Origin: Epithemia pelagica
Lineage: Eukaryota; Protista; Bacillariophyta
Assembly (NCBI GenBank): GCA_946965045.2
Contig: OX337231.1
Location: 2,542,001 to 2,606,000 of the forward strand
Direction: 5' to 3'
DNA length: 64,000 bases
The first letter of the stretch is position 1; each line of letters opens with the position of its first letter. The position numbers and the translations under genes were made by a program. The notes below the pieces were generated by a model. That model was not told the DNA's origin. It worked only from the letters and a program-made list of their open reading frames with translations, and ran no database searches. Of the stretch, positions 1 to 10,241 are shown piece after piece.

Positions 1-2
1 GA

Positions 3-656
3 GCAAGAAAACTGGAAATGAGAGGAAGCATATTTATGCGAGTTGTCTGGGTAGCTGGTACCAGGATGATAGACCAAGGCACCGACGGACTCTCGCGTGG
101 GGATTTAATGACTGGAGTCATGGCCGGAAACTCGATGTTGTTTTACGTACCTCTGAACAAAACATGCGAAGAAAGACAACCAGGCATTTTAGCTTGGCTT
201 ATAACAACATGCGACGCGAAGGAATGGAAGATTCTTCAGGCTAGCGATTGGTTTGATAAAGGGTTCGAGCGAGGAAACTTTGTTTGGGCACCGCCTCCAG
301 CCGTCGCCGATGTCGTCGTAGACCTAATCTGTGACTCGAACCATATTCGCCCCGACAATGCCCACATTTTCGTTTGTCCTGCGCTGATGAGTAATCGCTG
401 GCGAAAAAAGCTCGGCAAAGTGGCCGACTTCGTTTTCACCATACCGGTTGATTGTTCATTGTGGAGCAAGGACAAGCATGAACCTCTAATTGCTGCATTT
501 GTTTGCCCTCATCTTTCTTCCAGGCCTTGGCAGGTGTCGCGAGCGAAACAGTTATTGGATGAAACAAGACTTGAGCTGTCAAAAATGTGGACATCCAATT
601 CCACGCCTGACGGGGGTTGTTTGCGCAAATTATGGCGCTACACGGGAAACAAGTAA
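3..656 (+). CDS. C-terminus of retroelement pol (RNase H end plus degenerate adenine-methyltransferase-like domain), 5'-partial
   Basis: Frame is open from position 3. VVWVAGTRMIDQGTDGLSRG matches the DIRS RNase H end (DxLSR). FVWAPPP followed by HIFVCP..W resembles the DIRS/PAT MT-like domain. Confidence 0.75.
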   Translation, partial: ARKLEMRGSIFMRVVWVAGTRMIDQGTDGLSRGDLMTGVMAGNSMLFYVPLNKTCEERQPGILAWLITTCDAKEWKILQASDWFDKGFERGNFVWAPPPAVADVVVDLICDSNHIRPDNAHIFVCPALMSNRWRKKLGKVADFVFTIPVDCSLWSKDKHEPLIAAFVCPHLSSRPWQVSRAKQLLDETRLELSKMWTSNSTPDGGCLRKLWRYTGNK

Positions 657-2067
657 AATGTGTACCGGTGCATGGCATGCAGCTTGTTATCGCCAACACG
701 AGGAGGATCGCTTCCCGGTACTGGAAGCAGGAGACTTGGACGACGCGTTGATGGATGGAGACGGACATGGCGAATTAGAGGACGATAAGGAGCGATTCAC
801 CGAAGCGAGAGATGGCGACCACTTCATGTGCCCGTTTCAATGCGACTCGTGCACCTTTTACAACTTAAAGGGAAGATACAACCGAGCAAACGTCGAACAG
901 GATGATCTTCTGCTTGTCTGCATCCGACGAGCGATTCTTGACTCTTTTTGGGCGAGGGAGCGATCAACTGTCGAAAAGAATTGTCGTGAGCTAAGGAATC
1001 TGAGCGAAACGGCAAACACTCTGGGTCTGGACGAACCTCTGCCATCGAGAGGACCTTATCCTTTGGGCGATTCGCAAGGGATCGGAATCGCTTGTCTCAT
1101 GCTAATGAAAACCTTAAATGCTGGTCGGAACGCAAAGCACATACAATTTGAGACAGCGAGAAAGGTTCGATCAGTGGTGTCAAATTTTGTACACACCTTA
1201 CCAGGCTTCACGGGTTGGTCGACGATGGGAGCGAGCGACAAATCATCCTTAACGTTTTCAGCAAGCCCCACAAACAGTCTGTGGTTCAAAAGATACATGT
1301 CAGGATGCCACAAACGGATGGGGGACGTCTGGGTCCCCGACCGAGCTGTCACCCTGGAAGAAGTTCATTGTGGATTGGAAATTCTGGAAGGGGAATGGAG
1401 TAGGTTTCCCCAAGGACAATGCCGTCTCGAGCTGGCTCTAACAGGGGCAATGGTTGTCATTGGATTTTGCGCCGCGTTGCGAGGAGAGGAGATTCCGTTG
1501 GTGGATGTCGGGCTTGTTCGAAAGTATTGGTTTGAGGGAATCCATTATACCAAGGCACCGCACGTTCCTCTTGCCCTGGCTGGGCGTTTTAAGCAGACTG
1601 ATGGAACGTTCCGGCTGTATATGCAACCCTTGACTGTGAGAACGGACTCCGGCATCGAAGTGCAGAAATGGATTGAGAGATCTATTCGAGAATTGGACGT
1701 GAGGAAGATTTCAACAGGCCCGCTATTTCGTCGAACAAGCAAGAATGGAAAGATCCAAAGAGCCTTGGTGGGAGACCTGGATCATCTGTTCCATAGCCTG
1801 TGGAAACGAATCCAACACAAGCGTCCAGACATTATCCCCGAGAGCATAAAAGTCGAAGAAGAATTCAGCACTCGACGATCTCTTCGAAGAGGAGCGACGA
1901 CCGTGGCCCAAAATCGCAAGATTGACACGGCTGTCATCGAGATGAACAACCGATGGAGAAAGCACATCAAGAGCAGAGGTGTGCTTCCGGGGATGAGTAT
2001 GCTTGAGCGGTACTCCGACGCCAAAGCTTCCGTGGAAGCGTTAGTGCAGTTCTCATCGGGTTTGTAA
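490..2067 (+). CDS. Tyrosine recombinase of the retrotransposon, with N-terminal Cys/His zinc-finger-like region
   Basis: Catalytic-type residues in the expected order: ALRGEE (R), RFK (K), RSLRRG (xxxR box), NRW (W), ERY (Y). First ATG is at 559. ORF is intact and overlaps pol in another frame. Confidence 0.85.
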   Translation: MLHLFALIFLPGLGRCRERNSYWMKQDLSCQKCGHPIPRLTGVVCANYGATRETSKMCTGAWHAACYRQHEEDRFPVLEAGDLDDALMDGDGHGELEDDKERFTEARDGDHFMCPFQCDSCTFYNLKGRYNRANVEQDDLLLVCIRRAILDSFWARERSTVEKNCRELRNLSETANTLGLDEPLPSRGPYPLGDSQGIGIACLMLMKTLNAGRNAKHIQFETARKVRSVVSNFVHTLPGFTGWSTMGASDKSSLTFSASPTNSLWFKRYMSGCHKRMGDVWVPDRAVTLEEVHCGLEILEGEWSRFPQGQCRLELALTGAMVVIGFCAALRGEEIPLVDVGLVRKYWFEGIHYTKAPHVPLALAGRFKQTDGTFRLYMQPLTVRTDSGIEVQKWIERSIRELDVRKISTGPLFRRTSKNGKIQRALVGDLDHLFHSLWKRIQHKRPDIIPESIKVEEEFSTRRSLRRGATTVAQNRKIDTAVIEMNNRWRKHIKSRGVLPGMSMLERYSDAKASVEALVQFSSGL

Positions 2068-2165
2068 CAAATGAGAGAATACACACCGTCGACAACAAAA
2101 GATGAGCGACAACAACACGGCGAAGCAGAAGGGATACAAGAAGGAACACTTGGACTACTGATATG

Positions 2166-2610
2166 GGGGAATTGGCTCGACAGAACTCTGAGGAGTTAGG
2201 TCCAGCTCGTTTGCTGTTGCCAGCTTGCCTGTCGTACTACCCAGCTGATTATCTCTCAAACGTTGACCTAGGCTTGGCAGCCCATGGAATATACGGCAAA
2301 GCACACTTGTGATGATATTTCGAGGTGTCTTTGGCCCCTTACTGGGGTTTGAACATGGGATGGATGCTCGGTGGGAGGCACACTCGCACGTAACAGACAG
2401 ATGCTTTCACGGGGTCCGAGTCCCGCGACATCTGGAACGAATCACGATTCCCACCCACCCTGGGGAAGGGGGGTGGAAGGCCTAGCCCCCCCAGAGTATT
2501 GGTATGTCTAATAGTGTACATGTTTATGCAATAGTGAGTGAGGAAGAACAGGATGGAAAAAGGATGGTTGGGAGAACGTCCATTGTGATGAAGAGTGAGG
2601 AACTAGTACC
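2166..2610 (+). repeat. Split direct repeat B1 (445 bp)
   Basis: Repeated at 2857-3301 (offset 691); 4 substitutions seen by eye. Confidence 0.95.
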
Positions 2611-2856
2611 GCTCCGTACCCCACAGGTAAAGAAGGGACCGACGGACGAACGAAGAAGAAAAATGACGTGGCTCCCTACGAGACTTCTCGGGACACGTCA
2701 GGAAGTTTGGTTGGTTGAAGTTAGAAGATACTTCCCAACCAATATCGAACGAACGATGATTTCATAAGTTGACGAAAAGAAGCAACCTCAACGCAAGCAC
2801 GGATCTGATCACCCAGTGTTTCTTTGTGGTTCTCTTTTTTGCCCGCCCACCCGCCC
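2611..2856 (+). repeat. Inferred A2 segment between B1 and B2 (expected second copy of the element's 5' terminus)
   Basis: Position between two B copies matches the A1...B1-A2-B2 layout of PAT/Ngaro elements. The A1 copy is not in the window. Confidence 0.55.
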
Positions 2857-3301
2857 GGGGAATTGGCTCGACAGAACTCTGAGGAGTTAGGTCCAGCTCG
2901 TTTGCTGTTGCCAGCTTGCCTGTCGTACTACCCAGCTGATTATCTCTCAAACGTTGACCTAGGCTTGGCAGCCCATAGAATATGCGGCAAAGCACACTTG
3001 TGATGATATTTCTAGGTGTCTTTGGCCCCTTACTGGGGTTTGAACATGGGATGGATGCTCGGTGGGAGGCACACTCGCACGTAACAGACAGATGCTTTCA
3101 CGGGGTCCGAGTCCCGCGACATCTGGAACGAATCACGATTCCCACCCACCCTGGGGAAGGGGGGTGGAGGGCCTAGCCCCCCCAGAGTATTGGTATGTCT
3201 AATAGTGTACATGTTTATGCAATAGTGAGTGAGGAAGAACAGGATGGAAAAAGGATGGTTGGGAGAACGTCCATTGTGATGAAGAGTGAGGAACTAGTAC
3301 C
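2857..3301 (+). repeat. Split direct repeat B2 (445 bp), element 3' terminus
   Basis: Identity to B1 ends at ...AACTAGTACC (3301). Confidence 0.95.
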
Positions 3302-3556
3302 TCAAGTGCAAGCTCTCGAGATAGATAGCGTTCTAAGAGATTCAAAACTAGCCCCATACCCGCCCTTGGGAGCCATCTTTTTGGTTCCGGGGCCTTTACG
3401 GCACACGCGTCTACTCCTAGCGTGCTCTAGAACTACAATGACAGAGACCTGCACGACGACAAGAGCGCCACGATAGCTGCAGGATGTGGTCGCTGGGTCA
3501 TCCCCTCGTAGTTTATCACCCGCTTTGCTTTTGCATCTGTTGCACGCTGGAGGCAT

Positions 3557-3606
3557 GTTCTAATAGGTTATGATGCACCTTCGAGGTACGTTCTAATAGG
3601 TTATGA
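3557..3606. repeat. 17-bp direct repeat GTTCTAATAGGTTATGA x2 flanking a small ACCT-TCG-AGGT hairpin, upstream of APX
   Basis: Copies at 3557-3573 and 3590-3606, read directly. Confidence 0.85.
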
Positions 3607-3789
3607 GACTTCAAACTTCAAGAGAAGTGGAAAATAGTACTAAAGTACAAAATCGGGGTTTACTGTACCTCTTGTCGAACGTGCATCATTTCCAGCACAT
3701 TCTCCACATCCAACGCGTTTGTCGTTCCTCCTACGGACTTTCGTCCACAACAACAAACCTACTCTCAAAGTATCACTCGCACGACCGCC

Positions 3790-4943
3790 ATGCCCGCCGT
3801 CACCAAGGAAGAGTTGGAGGCTTGTCAAGCCAAGGTTGACGCCCTCTTGTTGGAAACCAACGCTGGACCCTTTTTTGTCCGTTTGGCCTGGCACGATTCG
3901 GGAACCTACGACAAGGATACCAAACAAGGCGGTGCCAACGGATCCATTCGTTTTGAAAAGGAATACTCGCACGGCAACAACGCTGGTCTTGGCAAGGCCG
4001 TGGCTCTCTTGGAACCCATCAAGGAAGCTTGTCCCACTGTGAGCTATGCCGACATTTATCAAATGGCTTCGGCCCGCGCCGTTGAACTCGCCGGTGGACC
4101 CAAACTCGGAGTCAAGTACGGTACGTCATTCACCAGTTCAGTTGACCGAGAGAAATAGGGGATGCTTCAAATGAGAATCCTGAAAATGGGTTGGTTCCTC
4201 ACGATACGAATTTTGGATCATTCGTTGCATGGCGTTTCCCTCGCTGTTTTCTTTGATTCCTCCAGGCCGCGTCGATGCTGCTTCGGCCGACGACTGTCCT
4301 CCCGAAGGAAATCTCCCCGACGCCGAAGCCGGTGACGATGGCAAATTTGGTTGGGATTCCGGTACTGTCGTGACGAAAGATACCAAGGCCGAAGGACATT
4401 TGCGCAAGGTCTTTTACCGCATGGGATTTGACGACGAAGCCATTGTCGCTCTTTCCGGTGCCCACACCTTTGGTCGGGCCTACAAGGACCGATCGGGTTT
4501 GGGCAAGGAGCAAACCAAGTTTACCGATGGATCATCCGACAGTGCCAAGCAAGTCCGAGCCGACGGATCCGAAGCCAAGTACACACCCGGTGGAAGCTCC
4601 TGGACCTCGCAGTGGTTGGTCTTTGACAATAGCTACTTTAAGAGCTTGGAGGTACGTATTATGCTTGGTGTCACCGCAAGGGACGGCACGCATCTGTTGA
4701 TACTTACCCTATTTGTCTGCTTGCTTGTCGCACTAATACGTGACACAACAGGATGCCAGTGTCGACGAAGAGCTTTTGAAATTGTCCACCGATCTTTCCG
4801 TTTTCAAGGATGAAGGCTTTCGACCATTTGCCGAAAAATTCCGTGACTCGCAAGATGCCTTTTTCGAATCCTACGCCAAGGCCCACAAGATGCTTTCGGA
4901 ACTTGGTTCCAAGTTTGAACCCGAAGAGGGAATTACACTTTAA
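3790..4943 (+). CDS. APX: Ascorbate peroxidase (class I heme peroxidase), 3 exons: 3790-4120, 4266-4651, 4752-4943 (~302 aa)
   Basis: [11 protein letters not shown] distal motif, [19 protein letters not shown] proximal His, W..FDNSYF. GT-AG introns restore the frame. Confidence 0.93.
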
Positions 4944-5155
4944 ACAACAGAAATTGTAGTTAGGATCTGATTTCATAGTTCGATCATCCCACTCAACAGT
5001 AGAGACCATTCGAAAGATATTTGTACGAATGGCGAAAGCCACTGTTTACCCAGCGGATCACTCTGTAAACAATCTTCTTTATCAACGAAGAGTTTCACCG
5101 GCGCTTTGTTTGGAGTTATCCATTGAGACAGCGGCGCGTATCATTCTGTGTAAAG

Positions 5156-8032
5156 TTATACCATGACGGCTTCCAGTTTGCTCATTACATCACTGGCCAC
5201 ATCGAGCGTTCCGGCAAAGGCTACCAACAAGCGTGCATAGGTTTGCAATTCCGTCACTCGTTGTTGCGGCACGGCCACGTCCCCCGTTTGTGCTTGTCGT
5301 TGAAATTGCAATTGTCGTTTCGTCAAGGCATGTTGTTGTTGCAAACATTCCATGACACCCTCCAAAAATCCACCAAAACTCTTTTGGAGGGTGTAATCCA
5401 ATCCACGATACAGGTCTTGCTTGGCCGCCATGTCACTGTGATCCACGGGCAACAAGCCCGTTCCCCGGGCTACCGTCCATGCCTCGAAATATTGACAATT
5501 TTGCAAATGTTGGAAAAAGACGTTGAGGTCCATCAAACATTTGCTGGTATGTACCAAGGACAGTTTGCGTTCTCGTTCCAAGACTTCCGTGACTCGTGTC
5601 CGTTTGTCCAAATAACACTGATGAAATTGTTGTGTTTGATCCATCCAAAATTGACGACTCCGAATGGTATCGTCATTCTTGTGGGTGCCCTGTTGGTGTG
5701 GCGGAGGAGCCGCAAGACCACGACGGTCCTTTTGGTTGTGGTTGTGGCTCGTGCCATAGACATTGGGCGGTACCAATTGATCGCACAAAAAGCGCAACAC
5801 ACTGTCGTACCGACCCGCCAACAAAAAGCACATGACGGCCGTTCCCAATTGTTCCTGATGACTTTTGGAACTACTCGTACCGCGCAAAATCAATTCGGCC
5901 GCGTCCGTCAAGAGGGCACCAATTTCCGACTGCGAAAAGGTCCGATCCAAACCACTGCCCGTGGCGGGTGGTTGACGCACGCCATTGCCATCGACCCGTC
6001 CCACCAAATTTTGCAAATCTACCGTTTTGGCAATCAAGGTGGCGACTTCCTTGCGCATTCGATCGCGTTGGGGAATCAGTGTCAGGTATTCCAGCGCTGC
6101 CAGGGCCCCTCCCACCACTGGTTCCGCCACGAGTTGACCGGCATAGGCCACCAACAAGGAGGCGGCCAAATCGTCGTCCTTGGCAGCGTGGGAGGAAGAT
6201 CCCAAATCCACGAGTGGAATGCCGTTGCTCGACAAGAGCAGTCCCAAATGCGTCGCTTGCAAGAGTCCCAAGGTCCCGTGATCGACCAAATGGGTCAAGC
6301 CCTTGGCATACTGTTGCGTCATGAGAAGGGGTAAGGTATAGGACCATCCACCCGATTCCGTGTCACCAAAGTAACTGGCACCATAGTCTTGAATCGAATT
6401 GCCCAAGACAATCAATTGTTGATTTGGATCTTGTTGGAGGACGGCCTGGTTGATGCGACCAAACAAGAAATCTTCAATGGTACAAAAGCCATGCGTACTA
6501 TTGTCAATCGGCAAATTTCCCGTACCGGAAAGGAGTGCCAAGAATCCAATTTCATGAATCGTGGCAGGTGTTGTTGTTGGTTGTGATTGTGGTGCGGAGG
6601 GATCATTGGTCGTCGCGGTACCCTCGTTGGTAGATGACACGAGTCCTTGCAAGTAATCAGCCACGACATGTCGATGCGACCGCGGCAATTGCGGAGGTCC
6701 CGACAGGGCCGCTTCTCCCCACGGCGGCGACAGGGCCACCAACAATTCGGTAATGGCATGTGCCACGGCTTGGGACATGCGTGGTGTCAACAAGGATGAG
6801 GTAGCGGCAATTTGCCAGACTTGCAAGGCGGCCGCCGCACTTCCACATCGCAAACAAAAATACAAGGTCGACCAGGGCGTGCTTGTGCTTGTTTTGGTCG
6901 TCGTCGAATCGCCCAACAAGAGTTTGGAATAGGCTTGACAATTTTGTGCCACGGCATGGGTGTAGGTGGATTGAATCAGATCGGCTTGTCCCGAAGCCAT
7001 GGCCGCTTGAATGGTTTGTTCCATGGTATGTTGAAATTGTTGACAAAAATGAATCACGGTGGCAATGGCTTGATCTGTGGCCGTCATAGTGTTGGTATTG
7101 CCACGGTGACTCGAGCGTTGTTGTTGTTGCTGTTGGTATTGCAAGACGTGAGTCATCCAATTCCAGGCCGTGGCACAGCCTCGAAAGGCCGGAGGCACCG
7201 CCGTCGTGTTGTTGTTGGAAGAATGGGCATAGACGAGTCCAAATTCATGTGCGGCCTGATCGGGTGTCAGACGAGGCAAATCTTGAACAATCCGTCCATG
7301 TGCTTGAATCAATTGAGGATCCATTCGCGCCGACGACTGTCCTGGCAATACGGCTTGTTGCGACGGCACCAGGATGCGTCCTCCTCTGGATTGTTGTTGT
7401 GGTTGTAGTTGTTGATGTCGATTGGTGGCATCTTGTATGCGAGTCGTCGATGGGTCATGTTTGCTGGAGGCTGCCACAACTCCAATTTCTTCCAACCACA
7501 ACAAATTGCCTCGTTCCCAACTTTGGGTCAAATGATCCTCGACCCGATCCATACAATCCTGGTCAATGGCGGTATCGTACTCAACGCGCAAGGTTTGCAA
7601 AATCGATTCTTCGTGTTCCGCCACGGCTTCTTCCACCGTCTTTTTGCGGCGGAGGGGACGACTGGACGTTCCATCATTCGTCAGAGTGGTGGTCGCGTCC
7701 ATTCTTCCTCCGGTTTGAAGAGGTGCTGCCCCCGGAGTTGTAGTGGTAGCAGACGTAGTAGCTTTCCATCGAGAAGTCAATCCTCCTCCTCCTCCGGTAA
7801 AGGAACGAACTCCTGGTTGTTCCAATAAGGATTGACTGGCAATTTGCAAGGATGCCATGGATCGATTCCATCCACCACCACCACCTTCGGCGGCAGCCGT
7901 AGCAGAGGTACTGGTCGGTGCTTCACCACCACCCCCAATGCCACTCCACAAACTCGGAACCGATTTGGACGTTAAATCATTCCAATCCACCTTGGCGGCG
8001 GTGGCTGCACTATTCTCCATTGTCATTACCAT
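5156..8032 (-). CDS. NUP93: Nucleoporin Nup93/Nic96
   Basis: WSTLYFCLRCG, TIEDFLF, LLMTQQY and ATHLGLLL correspond to conserved Nic96 blocks. First ATG at 8032. Confidence 0.8.
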   Translation of the reverse strand: MVMTMENSAATAAKVDWNDLTSKSVPSLWSGIGGGGEAPTSTSATAAAEGGGGGWNRSMASLQIASQSLLEQPGVRSFTGGGGGLTSRWKATTSATTTTPGAAPLQTGGRMDATTTLTNDGTSSRPLRRKKTVEEAVAEHEESILQTLRVEYDTAIDQDCMDRVEDHLTQSWERGNLLWLEEIGVVAASSKHDPSTTRIQDATNRHQQLQPQQQSRGGRILVPSQQAVLPGQSSARMDPQLIQAHGRIVQDLPRLTPDQAAHEFGLVYAHSSNNNTTAVPPAFRGCATAWNWMTHVLQYQQQQQQRSSHRGNTNTMTATDQAIATVIHFCQQFQHTMEQTIQAAMASGQADLIQSTYTHAVAQNCQAYSKLLLGDSTTTKTSTSTPWSTLYFCLRCGSAAAALQVWQIAATSSLLTPRMSQAVAHAITELLVALSPPWGEAALSGPPQLPRSHRHVVADYLQGLVSSTNEGTATTNDPSAPQSQPTTTPATIHEIGFLALLSGTGNLPIDNSTHGFCTIEDFLFGRINQAVLQQDPNQQLIVLGNSIQDYGASYFGDTESGGWSYTLPLLMTQQYAKGLTHLVDHGTLGLLQATHLGLLLSSNGIPLVDLGSSSHAAKDDDLAASLLVAYAGQLVAEPVVGGALAALEYLTLIPQRDRMRKEVATLIAKTVDLQNLVGRVDGNGVRQPPATGSGLDRTFSQSEIGALLTDAAELILRGTSSSKSHQEQLGTAVMCFLLAGRYDSVLRFLCDQLVPPNVYGTSHNHNQKDRRGLAAPPPHQQGTHKNDDTIRSRQFWMDQTQQFHQCYLDKRTRVTEVLERERKLSLVHTSKCLMDLNVFFQHLQNCQYFEAWTVARGTGLLPVDHSDMAAKQDLYRGLDYTLQKSFGGFLEGVMECLQQQHALTKRQLQFQRQAQTGDVAVPQQRVTELQTYARLLVAFAGTLDVASDVMSKLEAVMV

Positions 8033-8368
8033 GGTTGTGACAAATAATCTTAAGAAGCCACAACAGTCTCTGCAGAAAAGCACTTTCTCCTTTCTATTGA
8101 TTCACAACAGGAGGTGACGGTTACTCTGTGCTCTTCTTTTGTGTTGTATCCATGCAACAAAAAAAGAGGAAAGGAGGTGCGCGTTTTGTGGCACGGGGCG
8201 GCGTGTGCCCGTCACACCCGCTCCCGCGCGGCTCAAGTGCGACCCGCCAAGGCGACTAAAACATGAGGCAATGGAGCGGCCCGCAAAGATTGGATCGTTG
8301 TTTTGTGTGCCACCTCACCATGAGTGCCAGTACGAGCCATTTGAGTGGATTGGCCGCTTCCATTCGAA

Positions 8369-9824
8369 ATGCCGTAGGTAGGTGACAGCCTTGTTGGAGT
8401 GAGAGATTCCTGCAGTGGTTCTTTGTGTCTACCGAAGCGAAGCGAATCTCATGTCTTTTTCTTGTGTTTCCCGGTTCCTCGTTCCTCCAATCCTACGAAT
8501 ACATCTAACTATACGATTGAATGCATCATGGGACAACAACACAGACAGCGAAACCTTTGATTTGGCAGGCAAACAGGCCTCCACGATTGAACCAGCCATT
8601 CGGCAAGCCTTTGCCACACCCTTTTCCTTGTCGGAAACGATTCGCATTACCTTTGTCACGGGAGCGGGCAAATTGGCTCATCAAAAATACGACGAGGGTG
8701 CCGCCAAGGCCATTACCGCACCGTTGCGGGAATTGGGATACACGGAAGATGCCGGAGGAGGACCGGGAACCTTTAAATTGCAACATGATACGGGAAAAAA
8801 CTTGAAAACGGTCGTGGTGCATCCTCAACTGGAAGCTTCCGTGACGAATGTCACCAATTCTGCCGCCAACCTTTCTCTGGGTGGTCAAGGAACGTCTGCG
8901 TCGTCCTCCTCCTTGATACCACCCGACTCTCCGCAACACAAAATTGCCTACGCCTCCACCGCTGTGTTTGAACGCATGATTACGAGCATGTGTCTGACAT
9001 GGAGTCAAAAAAAGGCTTGTATCGGGGCCTTGGATGAATTGAAGGAACTGATTACCGGATTGGATCAAAAACTCTTGACGGGAACACCCTTGACCGAAAC
9101 GGAACAAACCTTTTACGATGATGTCTCGCTGTCGTCCTTGGAAGCCAAACAAACGACTGTCCGAGAATTGATGCATCAACAAGTCGACAAGGGACAAATT
9201 ACCGTGGCCGAACGAACCCAATTGTTGGAGCAAGTGCAAGAACGAATTCAAAAACTACAACACGACAAGGAACAAGCCGAACAAGGCAATGCTCCCAAAA
9301 AGGTGCAACAATTGACCACAGCCTTGACCAAGGCCCAAGAACGAAGAGACAAGTTGCAACAAACGACGGGACGACCTCCACCCCCACTCAAAAAACAAGC
9401 CGAAATTCAAACCCTCCGTGTCGAATTAAAACCCTTGTTGCAATTGCAAGCTTCCAGCAAGGGGCGGTTATTGTCGGTCAAGGAAACCCAAGCCTTGGCA
9501 CGCAAGGAAGAAATTGACGAGGAAATTCAACAACTCGAACAAGCCAGTCGAGGATGGTTTGAAAGCGATGATGCCTTTGAACGACGCGTCGAACTTTCTC
9601 GAGCCGCCTTTGCGGCACAACAACAACAATCCAAAGCCAAGGCCACGAAAAAACCAGCCACATCTTCCACCACCACGTCCCGTACCAGTGCCGTTACGGG
9701 TGCCTGGGCGTCGACGACTCGCAAAAAGAACACGGGTGGTAGCAAAGCCAAACCACCTTCGGCCAAACCCAAGGGAGCTGGTGGTGTCTTTGCAGCCATG
9801 ATGATGGACAGCGACAGCGATTAA
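8369..9824 (+). CDS. Hypothetical protein with coiled-coil C-terminal half; probable short first exon 8369-8373 and intron 8374-8548
   Basis: Long ORF with a globular-looking N-terminal block (FVTGAGK...FKLQHDTGKNLKTVVV). ATG-CC|GTAGGT...CAG|C splice gives MPETFDL in frame. Confidence 0.65.
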
Positions 9825-10241
9825 GAAACCAATCAATCGATCGACAAGCTACCGTTTGTTCTTTGTAGACGAACCACAGAATAGAGAGATGCTAAGCTGT
9901 TTTGCTATGCGCTAGATCTTGTGTACCACGTACCACCACCAATTGCCATGTAGAGGCTCTGACCAATCCAAACCGATTCCATCTTCTTTGTCAAGAAAAA
10001 GAAACATGTTGCCGACAATGCTCTGCCAAAAACCTGAAAGTCATCAAGAATTCTATTAGATCCCCTGTCGCGACTGTACCAACCCATCCGTCTGTCTGGA
10101 TCCACACGATGAGACTGTAAAATGGGAACCGTCTCGTAGTGCCTTGGTCGGAGGAGATGCAAAGAATTCATTCAAGGCTGCCTTTTTAGTAGTGGCCAAA
10201 TCTGCACCATTCACAAGTGTTGTGGCCGTTTGCTACTGCTT

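Larger units (their letters stand above)
1..3301 (+). mobile_element. 3' part of a tyrosine-recombinase retrotransposon (DIRS order, PAT-like, split direct repeats); 5' end lies outside the window
   Basis: RNase H tail and methyltransferase-like ORF overlap a tyrosine recombinase ORF. These are followed by a B1-(A2)-B2 terminal arrangement with a 445-bp direct repeat (2166-2610 and 2857-3301). Confidence 0.85.

Noticed and set aside
5123-7828. Long plus-strand ORFs (e.g. 5123-6334, 6812-7408) opposite Nup93
   Set aside because: Antisense shadows of a coding gene with no recognisable motifs; the same applies to most short overlapping ORFs in the track.
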